DNA of 61,961 nt, counting the filler, from Deltaproteobacteria bacterium (lineage in GTDB: Bacteria; JAEEML01): the NCBI GenBank assembly GCA_016283195.1. It is 5 parts of 5 records of this genome, joined end to end, with 100 filler letters (N's around TTAATTAATTAA, not from the genome) between each part and the next. Parts side by side here need not be neighbours in the genome. Positions count along the whole stretch, not along the records: positions 33,472 to 61,961 come from JAEEML010000080.1; 4 more parts are not named here. One strand, 5' to 3'. The notes below the pieces were generated by a model. That model was not told where the DNA came from. It made no database searches and saw only the letters and a list, made by a program, of their open reading frames with translations. Of the stretch, positions 40,428 through 49,719 are shown one piece after another; position 1 is the stretch's first letter; every line of letters starts with the position of its first letter. The translations under genes and the position numbers were made by a program.

Positions 40428-41945
40428 TTATAAGGCCGGCAGAACGAGTACAAAGCGGCCTTCTTTATCGCTTATAGCCCGCCCCAAAAGCTGCGGTACG
40501 CCGCTTGTGGTTACATCAGGTGAATAAATATCTATTTTAGCTTCGGCAACGGCTTTGCCGTTTAGCGTCACAAGGCCCTCGGTAAGCTGCGCTTTAGGCA
40601 AAAATATATGGTGCTGCCCACTTTTTAAAAGGCGAATAAATTGGCGGACGCGCGGCAAAAGTGCAGAGGGCGGCGGAATAACTTCCAGATAATAGTCGCC
40701 GTGCTCCAATTTTAGAGTGTATTGGCCCTGGTTATTGCTGTGTGTCACTTTTGCGGGGCTTTTGAAAAGCTCGGCAGACTGGCTGCTATAAATCGGGATG
40801 GCAGTTATCTGGGCATTGGCTATTGGTTTTTGCTCGCGGCTGTCTATTACCGTGCCGCTTAAGGTAAGAGCCGGCTCCAAAATCAGGCTAAAGCCTTCGC
40901 TGCTGCCGTCTTTGGGCAGGATAAGAGATAAGATAGATCTATTGTAATTGTCGGCTACAGCGGTAATAACAGCCAGCTGTTCACCCCAGACATTTAAGAC
41001 AAAGCGCCCATCTTGTTTGGAGTTGGCCGCCGTGCGGTAACTGCCGCGGCCTAAGGTTTCGATTAAGACCACACTGCCGCCGGAGAGAGGTGCGCCGGAG
41101 GAGGTGAGAATTTGGCCCGGTAATTGATAACTTAGAGGCAGTTTCTCGCCGATAAAGACAGTTTTTATAGTAAAATTGTTAAGATCTTTATTGCTAATCG
41201 TAAGGTCCAAATCAGGCACCAGCGGATTTTCTTCCCCTTGGCGAATGGCTAAAAAAGCGAGCGAACTGCCATCCCAGCAATTTAAATCATAAGTGCCGTC
41301 GGCGCCCGAGTATGAAGTGCCGCAAACGCGTCCGTTTTGGACTTTGCCACTTATTTGGGCTCCGGAAATCGGGCTGTAACTGCCGCTCTCCCATTGTACT
41401 GTGCCATGGTAAGAAACCAACTCTTCATGGGGGTAGGCAATAGGATTAAGGTTGGAGCCGTCGAGATGTAGCACCTCTTCGTATATCGGTAGAGCGCGGT
41501 TTGTGGGAATGAGAAAGAAGCGATAATCGCCGGCCGGAAGAAGATAAGAAACGGTACTGTCGCTGGCACCGTCATTCACCAGGTGGTAACTGTGGTTATT
41601 GCTGAGCCCGGGAACGGTGCGCTCTGCCGCCAGAATGGCTGTGCCGGAGGAGATGCCCTTTACTCTTATCTGTCCCGCTGCCTGGGGGGTCATCTCGATA
41701 TTAATGAAATTATCAGCTGCCAGATCAAAGGGGCGCAAAATGTGTTCTTCTTTTAAAGAAGTAGTAGCAGGCGGAGTTACCACGGCATAAACGCTCAAAG
41801 TGGGTGAGGAGCTGTGGCAAGCGCCGAAAAAGCAGACAGATCCGGCCGCACAATCGCTGCTTTTAGCGCAGAGCGACGTTTCTAGGGGAGTTTCGCAAGC
41901 GGTGTAAAGCAATACCAGACATAAAAGGGCCAGTAGGGGAGGCAT
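40428..41945 (-). CDS. Lipoprotein with carboxypeptidase-regulatory-like (transthyretin/Cna-B-like) repeats
   Basis: Lipobox YTAC, Cys motif CAKSSDCAAGSVCFFGAC, repeated G.V....P..GA.I / .DG.Y.L motifs; TAATG overlap fixes the start. Confidence 0.7.
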   Translation of the reverse strand: MPPLLALLCLVLLYTACETPLETSLCAKSSDCAAGSVCFFGACHSSSPTLSVYAVVTPPATTSLKEEHILRPFDLAADNFINIEMTPQAAGQIRVKGISSGTAILAAERTVPGLSNNHSYHLVNDGASDSTVSYLLPAGDYRFFLIPTNRALPIYEEVLHLDGSNLNPIAYPHEELVSYHGTVQWESGSYSPISGAQISGKVQNGRVCGTSYSGADGTYDLNCWDGSSLAFLAIRQGEENPLVPDLDLTISNKDLNNFTIKTVFIGEKLPLSYQLPGQILTSSGAPLSGGSVVLIETLGRGSYRTAANSKQDGRFVLNVWGEQLAVITAVADNYNRSILSLILPKDGSSEGFSLILEPALTLSGTVIDSREQKPIANAQITAIPIYSSQSAELFKSPAKVTHSNNQGQYTLKLEHGDYYLEVIPPPSALLPRVRQFIRLLKSGQHHIFLPKAQLTEGLVTLNGKAVAEAKIDIYSPDVTTSGVPQLLGRAISDKEGRFVLVLPAL

Positions 41946-42466
41946 TATTCTAAACATGGCCCCATATCCCGTCGTACAATAGTCCATGTATAGCGATCTT
42001 GCTGCGCGTCCTCGCTTAGCATACGTCCTTCATCGGCAAACGGCCGATCGGTTAAAAGCAATTCCACTACATCAAAAGTATAGCCCTGGTTTTGGGCGGC
42101 GGCAAAGTGGTTATTATCTTTGGCCAAAATATGGAAAGAGAGTTCGGCCAAATTGTTGTTATCTATAGCCGCAGGATCGATGGAACCTTCTATATAAATG
42201 GCAGGATACAGAGAATAATTAATAAAAACGCGATAATATAGCCTGTCTATATCGGGGTCTTTGGCATAGACGGTGAAATAATATTTGGAGCAGAGGCTAT
42301 TTAAAATAACCATGGTTTCTTCCGGCGATGGCGAAGCCAGATTATCTACCAGTTTGGGCGGGCGGTTGGTTATATCGGCTTCCACGCTGGGTACATCGCT
42401 GGGCAGAACCAAGCAGCCTTTAAAGGCTAAAAGCGATAAGAAAAGCCATAAACGCCACCGCCTCAT
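41945..42466 (-). CDS. Hypothetical lipoprotein
   Basis: Lipobox-like AFKGC; NRPP and DPD motifs; GAGG RBS. Confidence 0.7.
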   Translation of the reverse strand: MRRWRLWLFLSLLAFKGCLVLPSDVPSVEADITNRPPKLVDNLASPSPEETMVILNSLCSKYYFTVYAKDPDIDRLYYRVFINYSLYPAIYIEGSIDPAAIDNNNLAELSFHILAKDNNHFAAAQNQGYTFDVVELLLTDRPFADEGRMLSEDAQQDRYTWTIVRRDMGPCLE

Positions 42467-42475
42467 GGTCAGCCT

Positions 42476-44284
42476 CTATTCTTCCTCATCAAAAGAGGAG
42501 GGCAAAAGCTCGCCTTCGCGCTCCAAATGGCGGAAGATGGTGCGTGGATCAACACCGAGTTCTTTAGCTGTTTTGGTGCGGTTGCCGTTATTGCGCTCTA
42601 AAATTTCATTTATATAGCGGCGCTGGAACTCGTCTTTAGCTTGCGCGAGAGGTAAAACCGGCTCATCAGCTTTGTTATCAAGGGCCAAATCCTTTGGTGA
42701 AATCTGGCTGTGCTCGGCCATAACAACGGCTTTTTTAAGGGTATTTTCCAATTGGCGGATATTCCCTGGCCAAGAGTAGCGCTTAATGGCGGCGGCCGCT
42801 GCCGGGCTAAAATCGCGCACATGGCTTCCATATTCGGCCGCAAATTTTTTGAGAAAATAATGGCTTAAAAGAAGAATATCATCGCCGCGTTCTCTAAGTG
42901 GCGGCAGTTCCAAAGCTACCACATTGAGGCGATAATAGAGATCCTCCCTAAAGGTGCCCTCTTTGATGGCGGCGGCCAAGTTCCTGTTAGTGGCCGAAAT
43001 AACGCGGATATCTACTGTCTCCTGGGCATTGGAACCTAATTTGCAAACAGTGTGTTCCTGGAGGGCCCGCAAAAGTTTAACTTGCAAAGAGAGCGGCAAT
43101 TCGCCCACTTCGTCTAAAAAGAGGGTGCCGCCGTTAGCTTGCTGAAATTTGCCGTTTCTGGTGGTGAAAGCACCGGTAAAAGCGCCACGCACATGGCCAA
43201 AGAGCTCGCTTTCCAAAAGATTCTCCGGAATGGCGCCGCAATTTATCACCACAAAGGGCTTATCGGCTCTATTGGAGCGGCGGTGAATTTCATGGGCAAT
43301 GAGCTCTTTACCGGTGCCGGTTTCACCGGTGATTAAAAGGGCAATATCGGTGGGGGCTACTTTGCTCACCACGCGGTAAATGGCTTCCATGGCCGGCGCA
43401 GCGCCGATGATATCGCCAAAGCGCCGTTCATTGAGCTCTTTGCGCAATGCTTCGTTATCGTCATAGAGAGCCTTTTTTTGCCGCAGATTCTGGATGATGA
43501 GGGCCGCCTCAGCGCCAAAAACAGTAAGTATTTCCAGCTGCTCTGTCCCAAAAAGGCTGACTGCCCGGTTGGAGCCGACATAGATAAGCCCCAAAAGCTC
43601 GCCGGCCTCCAAGAGGGGGACGCACATTACCGAACAGAGCTTTAAATTCATCACCGAGGCGGCAGCACTAAATTCACTGTTACTTAAAGCATCGGCGACA
43701 ATTAAAGGCTCCTTATCTTTTACTACTTTGGCCACAATGGTATCGGAGAGCTGACTCATGGCCATGGTGACATCCTGGCGCTCGATATTGCGGGCTAAAA
43801 CCACTTCCGGCTTCTCTTGTTCAAAAAGCAAAAGAAAGGCTTTATCAGCTTTGGTTAAAGCTATTACCATATCGAGAATGCGCGGTAACATTTCATCGAG
43901 GCTTTTAGCGGCCAAAAGCTCTTGCGAAAAAGTGACAATCTGCCTGAAAGCGCTAAGACTCGCACTTTTTTCTTCTTTGGGCTCCGGCGGCTGTTTTTCG
44001 TAAAAAGTAAAATTTTGTCCGCCGATGGTGATGACATCGCCCTGGTGCAAAAGCTCTTTTTTGATCTTTTTGCCGTTGATAAAAGTAGGGCGCGAACGCC
44101 CGACTACAGCCAGATAATAGGCGTTTTCATCTTTAAAAATGGTGGCATGGTCGGGGGCTACTTCCGGACCTTCTACGATAATATCGTTATCGGTAGAACT
44201 GCCCACTCTTGTCAAAATACGAAAAAGGGGTATTTTCTTGGCGGGCGCGCCTTGCGTTGTAGCCTGTTGGAGCAAAAGTGCCAT
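42476..44284 (-). CDS. FHA-GAF sigma54-dependent transcriptional activator (Fis HTH)
   Basis: N-terminal VGSSTDNDI..VAPDHA (FHA-like), GAF (SVMCVPL), GETGTGKE, GAFTGA, WPGNIRQL; AAGGAGA RBS at the 44284 start. Confidence 0.92.
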   Translation of the reverse strand: MALLLQQATTQGAPAKKIPLFRILTRVGSSTDNDIIVEGPEVAPDHATIFKDENAYYLAVVGRSRPTFINGKKIKKELLHQGDVITIGGQNFTFYEKQPPEPKEEKSASLSAFRQIVTFSQELLAAKSLDEMLPRILDMVIALTKADKAFLLLFEQEKPEVVLARNIERQDVTMAMSQLSDTIVAKVVKDKEPLIVADALSNSEFSAAASVMNLKLCSVMCVPLLEAGELLGLIYVGSNRAVSLFGTEQLEILTVFGAEAALIIQNLRQKKALYDDNEALRKELNERRFGDIIGAAPAMEAIYRVVSKVAPTDIALLITGETGTGKELIAHEIHRRSNRADKPFVVINCGAIPENLLESELFGHVRGAFTGAFTTRNGKFQQANGGTLFLDEVGELPLSLQVKLLRALQEHTVCKLGSNAQETVDIRVISATNRNLAAAIKEGTFREDLYYRLNVVALELPPLRERGDDILLLSHYFLKKFAAEYGSHVRDFSPAAAAAIKRYSWPGNIRQLENTLKKAVVMAEHSQISPKDLALDNKADEPVLPLAQAKDEFQRRYINEILERNNGNRTKTAKELGVDPRTIFRHLEREGELLPSSFDEEE

Positions 44285-44350
44285 TTTAAGTCTCCTTAGT
44301 AGCGGCAACTTTCTACTCTTTACACCAGATTTAAGACGAGGTGAAGTCAA

Positions 44351-47164
44351 ATGAGAGCTGAATATATAGATATCCGGGGGGTAAGAGTGCATAATTTGCA
44401 AAATATTTCTCTAAAAATCCCCAAAAACACCTTAACGGTCATCACCGGCCTCTCCGGCTCGGGCAAAAGTTCTCTCGCTTTTGATACCATTTATGCCGAG
44501 GGCCAAAGGCGCTATGTGGAATCGCTTTCAGCCTATGCCCGCCAGTTCCTGGGGCTCATGGAAAAGCCCGATTGCGATCTTATCGAAGGCCTTTCGCCGG
44601 CTATTGCCATTGAGCAACATGGCCTCTCCAATAACCCGCGCTCAACTGTGGCCACAACAACGGAAATTTACGATTATCTGCGCCTCCTCTATGCCCGCCT
44701 GGGCCAGGGCTATTGCTATAAATGCGGCCGCCCCATTGTGGCCAGCACGGTGCAGGAAATTGTCGATGCTCTTCTGGCTATGCCCGAAGGTGAGGTTATT
44801 ACTCTTATGGCTCCGGTGGTGCGCCGCCAAAAAGGCACTCAGGCCAAACTTTTAGCCAAGCTGCAGAGCCAGGGCTTTGCCCGCCTGCGCATCGATGGAG
44901 AAATCTATAATCTGGAAGATAATATTTCACTGGAAAAGAATAATTTCCACAATATAGACGTGCAGATAGACCGCATAAAAATTCGCCCCGGGGTTAAAGA
45001 GCGCCTCTCGGAATCGGTGGAACTGGCCCTTAATTTGGCCGGCGGCCTTATTGTTGTGCAGCATCAGGATGGCCGCGAGGAGCTTATGAGCGAGCATGCC
45101 AGCTGCCCCGATTGCCACATCAGCTTGCCGGAATTTACCCCCGCGCTTTTTAGTTTTAATAATCCCCAGGGAGCTTGTCCGGATTGCCTGGGCCTGGGCT
45201 TTCGCCTGGAATTTGATCCCGCGCTTATTCTTAAAAATCCCGATCTCTCAGTGGCCGCCGGGGCAATAGAAGGCTGGACCGGCCGTCCCTATAATTACTA
45301 TTATCAGCTGATTTATGAAGTTTTTCGCCATTATGAGGTGGATTTTAACACGCCGTGGAAGGAGCTGCCCGCCGATTTTAGAAAAATTCTCCTCTATGGT
45401 AGCGGCGCGGAATTTATCCGTTTTGAGCTGCGCTCAGAGCACATGGAGCATAGTTATATCCGCCCCTTTGAGGGCATTATTCCCAATATGGAGCGCCGCT
45501 ATAATGAGAGCACGAGCGAGGCGGTAAAGCAGGATCTCGCCAAATATCAGCGGGAAATTCCCTGTGAACGCTGCCATGGCACCCGTCTTAAAGAAGAGGC
45601 CAGGGCAGTGCGCATAAAGGACCTCGCCATTCATGAACTCACCGCGATGAGTATTGAAAAAATGGCTGATTTTATGCAAAAATTGGATTTTACTGGCGGC
45701 GCGGCGGTAATAGCTAAACCAATTTGTAAAGAGATAAACAAGCGTCTCTCTTTTTTGCGCGATGTGGGGCTTTCTTACCTCACTTTGGACCGCATGAGTG
45801 CTACCCTCTCCGGCGGTGAAGCGCAGCGTATTATGCTGGCCACCCAAATAGGGTCGGCTTTAACAGGTGTTATTTATGTTTTGGACGAACCCTCAATAGG
45901 CCTGCATCCACGTGATAGCGATCGCCTGATTAACACACTGAAAAAACTGCGCGATCTCGGCAATACGGTAATTGTGGTAGAGCACGATGAAGCCATGATG
46001 CGGGCGGCCGATTTTATTGTCGATTTAGGGCCTGGGGCCGGGCGCAACGGCGGCCGGCTTATGGGGGCCGGGCCGCTTGCCGAAATCATTAAGGGTGATT
46101 CCCTTACTGCCGCTTTCCTTAGCGGCCGGGAGAAGGTCGAATTTAGCGCCAAAAGAAGAAAACCCAAAGGATTTATTGAGATAAAAGGTGCTAGCCATCA
46201 TAATTTAAAGAATATAGATGTTAAAATTCCTTTGGGCATTTTCACTGCTGTCACCGGCGTTTCCGGCAGTGGTAAGAGCAGCCTTATTAACGACACGCTC
46301 TATCCGGCTCTCATGCACCATTTTTATGATTCCACTATGCCGGTAGGCAGCCATAAAGCGCTGAGCGGCCTGGAGCAGCTGGATAAAGTGGTGGCTATTG
46401 ACCAAGACCCCATCGGGCGCACGCCGCGCTCCAATCCCGCTACTTATACCGGCCTTTTTAGCCTTATTCGCGATCTTTTTGCCGGCCTGCCGGAGAGTAA
46501 AGCGCGCGGCTATGGGCCGGGGCGCTATAGTTTTAATGTTAAAGGCGGGCGCTGTGAGCATTGCCAGGGCGATGGACTCATTAAAATTGCCATGCACTTT
46601 TTGCCCGATGTCTATGTGCCTTGCGAGGTTTGTCACGGCACGCGCTATAACCGCGAAACGCTGGAAATTACTTATCGTGGCAAATCAATAGCCGATATTT
46701 TGGCTATGACCGTTGATGAGGCCTTGGAATTTTTTACCACTCAGCAGAGCATTGTGAACAAATTAAAAACTCTTCACGATGTGGGCCTGGGCTATGTGCA
46801 ATTAGGGCAGAGCGCTACTACTCTTTCCGGCGGCGAAGCCCAGCGCATAAAGCTTTCCAAGGAGCTCTCCCGGCGGGCAACCGGCAAGACTATCTATATT
46901 TTAGATGAGCCGACCACCGGCCTTCATTTTGCCGATGTGCGCAATTTGATTAATGTTTTGCAGCGCCTTGTTAGTAATGGCAACAGCGTGGTGGTGATAG
47001 AGCACAATTTAGATGTTATTAAATCGGCCGATTACATTATCGACTTGGGGCCGGAGGGCGGCGCCGGCGGCGGGCAGCTGAATGATTTTGGCACCCCGGA
47101 GGGAATTGCCCGGCATAAAAAATGCCACACGGCGGATTATCTGGCTGAGCTCTTGGGAAAATAG
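44351..47164 (+). CDS. uvrA: Excinuclease ABC subunit A
   Basis: GLSGSGKSSLAFDTIYAEGQRRY, two LSGGE signatures, Zn fingers, GRTPRSNPATY. Confidence 0.98.
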   Translation: MRAEYIDIRGVRVHNLQNISLKIPKNTLTVITGLSGSGKSSLAFDTIYAEGQRRYVESLSAYARQFLGLMEKPDCDLIEGLSPAIAIEQHGLSNNPRSTVATTTEIYDYLRLLYARLGQGYCYKCGRPIVASTVQEIVDALLAMPEGEVITLMAPVVRRQKGTQAKLLAKLQSQGFARLRIDGEIYNLEDNISLEKNNFHNIDVQIDRIKIRPGVKERLSESVELALNLAGGLIVVQHQDGREELMSEHASCPDCHISLPEFTPALFSFNNPQGACPDCLGLGFRLEFDPALILKNPDLSVAAGAIEGWTGRPYNYYYQLIYEVFRHYEVDFNTPWKELPADFRKILLYGSGAEFIRFELRSEHMEHSYIRPFEGIIPNMERRYNESTSEAVKQDLAKYQREIPCERCHGTRLKEEARAVRIKDLAIHELTAMSIEKMADFMQKLDFTGGAAVIAKPICKEINKRLSFLRDVGLSYLTLDRMSATLSGGEAQRIMLATQIGSALTGVIYVLDEPSIGLHPRDSDRLINTLKKLRDLGNTVIVVEHDEAMMRAADFIVDLGPGAGRNGGRLMGAGPLAEIIKGDSLTAAFLSGREKVEFSAKRRKPKGFIEIKGASHHNLKNIDVKIPLGIFTAVTGVSGSGKSSLINDTLYPALMHHFYDSTMPVGSHKALSGLEQLDKVVAIDQDPIGRTPRSNPATYTGLFSLIRDLFAGLPESKARGYGPGRYSFNVKGGRCEHCQGDGLIKIAMHFLPDVYVPCEVCHGTRYNRETLEITYRGKSIADILAMTVDEALEFFTTQQSIVNKLKTLHDVGLGYVQLGQSATTLSGGEAQRIKLSKELSRRATGKTIYILDEPTTGLHFADVRNLINVLQRLVSNGNSVVVIEHNLDVIKSADYIIDLGPEGGAGGGQLNDFGTPEGIARHKKCHTADYLAELLGK

Positions 47165-47187
47165 TCTATTTTGCTATTAATAAAGAA

Positions 47188-48735
47188 TCACTCGGTTCGT
47201 TGGAAAGCATAAACTCTATATGCCGGTGGCTGCACGGTGCTGGAAGCGCCATAGATACTGTTACTGCTTTTGGCGCTAAAGGAAAGTGAACTATAGCCCC
47301 ATTTTACCGAGCTGCTTTCGCTCATCCCATATTTTGTACCGGCACCGGTAACCGAAAATGCGCCAGTAACACTGGCAAGTTCATCGGCTAAAAATGCGTG
47401 GTCTACATTATCTGCAGAAGTTAGAGTACCTGTAATATTTGGCAAGCCGGCGCTGATTTTCTTGCCACCGTTGGAAGAGGCTGTCCAAAAGGTATTGTTG
47501 TCATCTAGCCTTACCCACTTGCCACCACCAAGCGCAGTAGCCACCTGGTCAGCTGTTGAAAGGTTGAAGCTCAGATAGATGGAACCAACCGGGTAAATTT
47601 TGTTTAAAAATTGGCCCCATATTACTTTATCAACGCTAATGGTATTTTTGTTGATATCTTCGCCTTCAATGGAAAGATTGATAATATTAGCAGAATTAAC
47701 GGAATTATTGGCCAGGCTGGCATTACCGATTTTTCCACTTACCGAAAGACCGTCACTGCCCAAAGAGAGTACTTCATTTGCTTGAGAGCCATTTACTTTG
47801 AGCACTTTAAGCTTACCGGCATCAACTTTTATTTTATAATCGTCGCCATCTAAATCTTCCAAAAGAATTTCCGGAACTGTATCAGCCACAATGGCTTCAT
47901 ATGAATTTTCACCACTTGCCGAACGAATATGCAAGGGGGTTTCCGGTTTACCGGTGCCGAGGCCCAAGAAACCGCCATCCAGCACAGCGGCACCAGGTAT
48001 GGGTAAGGCATAAGGAACTCGGCTAAAAATATGATAAGCCGCCCCATCTTTGTCAAAGCACTTTGGCCCCTGATCTTCAATTGAAGTAAAAGATGAGCTA
48101 CATTCCGGGCCGTTGTCGGTATCACAAGCACAAGCATTGATAGTCGGCGTCGGCACGACTATTTCACTTTCCTTATAGCCAAAAAGGCTGGCTACGAAGC
48201 TCGTGCCATCGTTAAAACCTATTTTCCCTGTCATAATCTTTACTTGTGGCGCACATTCCCAAAGGGAGCCGTTGGCACGCAGTAATTCACCCTCAGCGCA
48301 GGTAGGGAGTGATGAATCCTGCAAAGCGTTAAAGTTTAAATGGTCTGGAGTGATACATCTTTCGCAATTTACGCTACTCGCACTATGTGAAGTTTGCGCA
48401 GTGATGGCATAAGGCACGCTGTTAATGGGTAAATAAGGTTCAAGCTCCTCGCCATCTATAGTGATGGCCAGTTGCAGAGAAGCTGCTTCATGTATAGACG
48501 TTGGGTCGATATTGGGAATGGTTATAGTGTAAAGTCCGCTTTCCACACTAATAGTATCACTTTTTTCGGCAATGAGTTTATTGCCATCATAAATAGCGGC
48601 ACTAATATTATGAGAGCCGTTTACCAGCTCACCGTTTTCTTTAAGCACACCATGGTGGGTAAAGGAAAGCGGTACTGCCCCATAAGCCGCTTCGGTTAAA
48701 AGTAGAGCCAGAGCTATTGTTAAAAAATTACGCAT
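47188..48735 (-). CDS. Secreted chimeric fibre protein with phage tail-fibre/baseplate-like C-terminus
   Basis: Signal peptide ..AAYG/AVP; N-domain ending SVPYA; GLGTGKPETPLHI; LANNSV..I repeats; IYPVGSIYLS..AGLPNITG..STVQPPAY.VY.FQR. Confidence 0.75.
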   Translation of the reverse strand: MRNFLTIALALLLTEAAYGAVPLSFTHHGVLKENGELVNGSHNISAAIYDGNKLIAEKSDTISVESGLYTITIPNIDPTSIHEAASLQLAITIDGEELEPYLPINSVPYAITAQTSHSASSVNCERCITPDHLNFNALQDSSLPTCAEGELLRANGSLWECAPQVKIMTGKIGFNDGTSFVASLFGYKESEIVVPTPTINACACDTDNGPECSSSFTSIEDQGPKCFDKDGAAYHIFSRVPYALPIPGAAVLDGGFLGLGTGKPETPLHIRSASGENSYEAIVADTVPEILLEDLDGDDYKIKVDAGKLKVLKVNGSQANEVLSLGSDGLSVSGKIGNASLANNSVNSANIINLSIEGEDINKNTISVDKVIWGQFLNKIYPVGSIYLSFNLSTADQVATALGGGKWVRLDDNNTFWTASSNGGKKISAGLPNITGTLTSADNVDHAFLADELASVTGAFSVTGAGTKYGMSESSSVKWGYSSLSFSAKSSNSIYGASSTVQPPAYRVYAFQRTE

Positions 48736-48800
48736 ATTACACCTCGGGCATTGATAGAAATGTTATTGTTAGGTGCTTCTTAAGCAAGCTAACATTTCTT

Positions 48801-48828
48801 AGTCTATGGTTTTTCATAATTGAGTCAA
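48801..48828 (-). promoter_or_regulatory. sigma70-type promoter for the fibre gene
   Basis: Minus strand TTGACT-16 nt-TAGACT. Confidence 0.45.
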
Positions 48829-48907
48829 CTAAAAACATAACTCAAGAAAAAATATAAGAAAATTCGCCTGATATGGTAATGAAAATGTGCCGATAGTTGG
48901 TTGTTTC

Positions 48908-49270
48908 CTAGCTTAGCACCCGGCGCACCGTTTCCAGCACGTTTTTATCTTCAAACGGTTTTACTATAAAGGCGCTGGCGCCGGCCGCTTTGGCTTCGGC
49001 GGTCATTGGTTCCTGGCCAAGGGCACTGCAAATAATGATTTTGGCATTTGGATCAAAACTTTTGATCTCTTTTAATGCTTCCAGGCCGCTTTTAAAGGGC
49101 ATGACAATATCCATGGTCATGAGATCGGGGCGTAAATCTTTATACTTGGCAACGGCTTCCGGGCCGGTTACCGCTTCGCCGACAATCTCAAATTCCGGCG
49201 CCAGAAGAATATCTTTTAAAAGAGTGCGCATAAAAAGAGCGTCATCGGCAATCAGTACTCTAACGGCCAT
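48908..49270 (-). CDS. CheY-like response regulator (DifD-like)
   Basis: DDALFMR, MDIVMPFKSG, CSALGQE, FIVKPF. Confidence 0.92.
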   Translation of the reverse strand: MAVRVLIADDALFMRTLLKDILLAPEFEIVGEAVTGPEAVAKYKDLRPDLMTMDIVMPFKSGLEALKEIKSFDPNAKIIICSALGQEPMTAEAKAAGASAFIVKPFEDKNVLETVRRVLS

Positions 49271-49710
49271 CAGCTTACTCCTTTGGAACTATTGGCCTTT
49301 TCCACTAAACGGCTTATAAGTTCCTCAATATCTAAAGGACGAACAGCGGTACTCTCCTCGGCAGTACCGGCTGTTTCAGATTCTATATTGTCGGCTGGGA
49401 GAGATGTCAAAATCTGGCACCCTTCACCCAGGAGAAGCCCAAAATCGCGCTTTTTTTCCAGCGTGATGAGCGTGGCTATCTTGGCTGCTCCTGCCGGCTT
49501 AAAATGTAAAAGAGCACTTAAATCAAGTACGGTGATTACCCGCCCGCCTTGCGCTGTTAGGCCCAGTATTTCGGCGGCACATTGGGGAATTGGCACCAGT
49601 TCATTGGTATTTATTGGAGTGATGTGGCCGATTTCTTCTACTTGGAGACTGTATGCTTGACCAGCAGATTTAATAATAATTTTAGCATTGTTTTTGCTGT
49701 CAGCATCCAT
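49270..49710 (-). CDS. CheW-like coupling protein (DifC-like)
   Basis: PIPQ...ILGL...GRVITVLDL; lies between the MCP and CheY genes. Confidence 0.8.
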   Translation of the reverse strand: MDADSKNNAKIIIKSAGQAYSLQVEEIGHITPINTNELVPIPQCAAEILGLTAQGGRVITVLDLSALLHFKPAGAAKIATLITLEKKRDFGLLLGEGCQILTSLPADNIESETAGTAEESTAVRPLDIEELISRLVEKANSSKGVS

Positions 49711-49719
49711 GCTGTCCTC

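Noticed and set aside
44285-44350. LexA box upstream of uvrA
   Set aside because: No match to the E. coli, Gram-positive or Myxococcus SOS motifs I know.
47188-48735. Prophage
   Set aside because: A single fibre-like gene with a signal peptide; no integrase, terminase, capsid or att sites.
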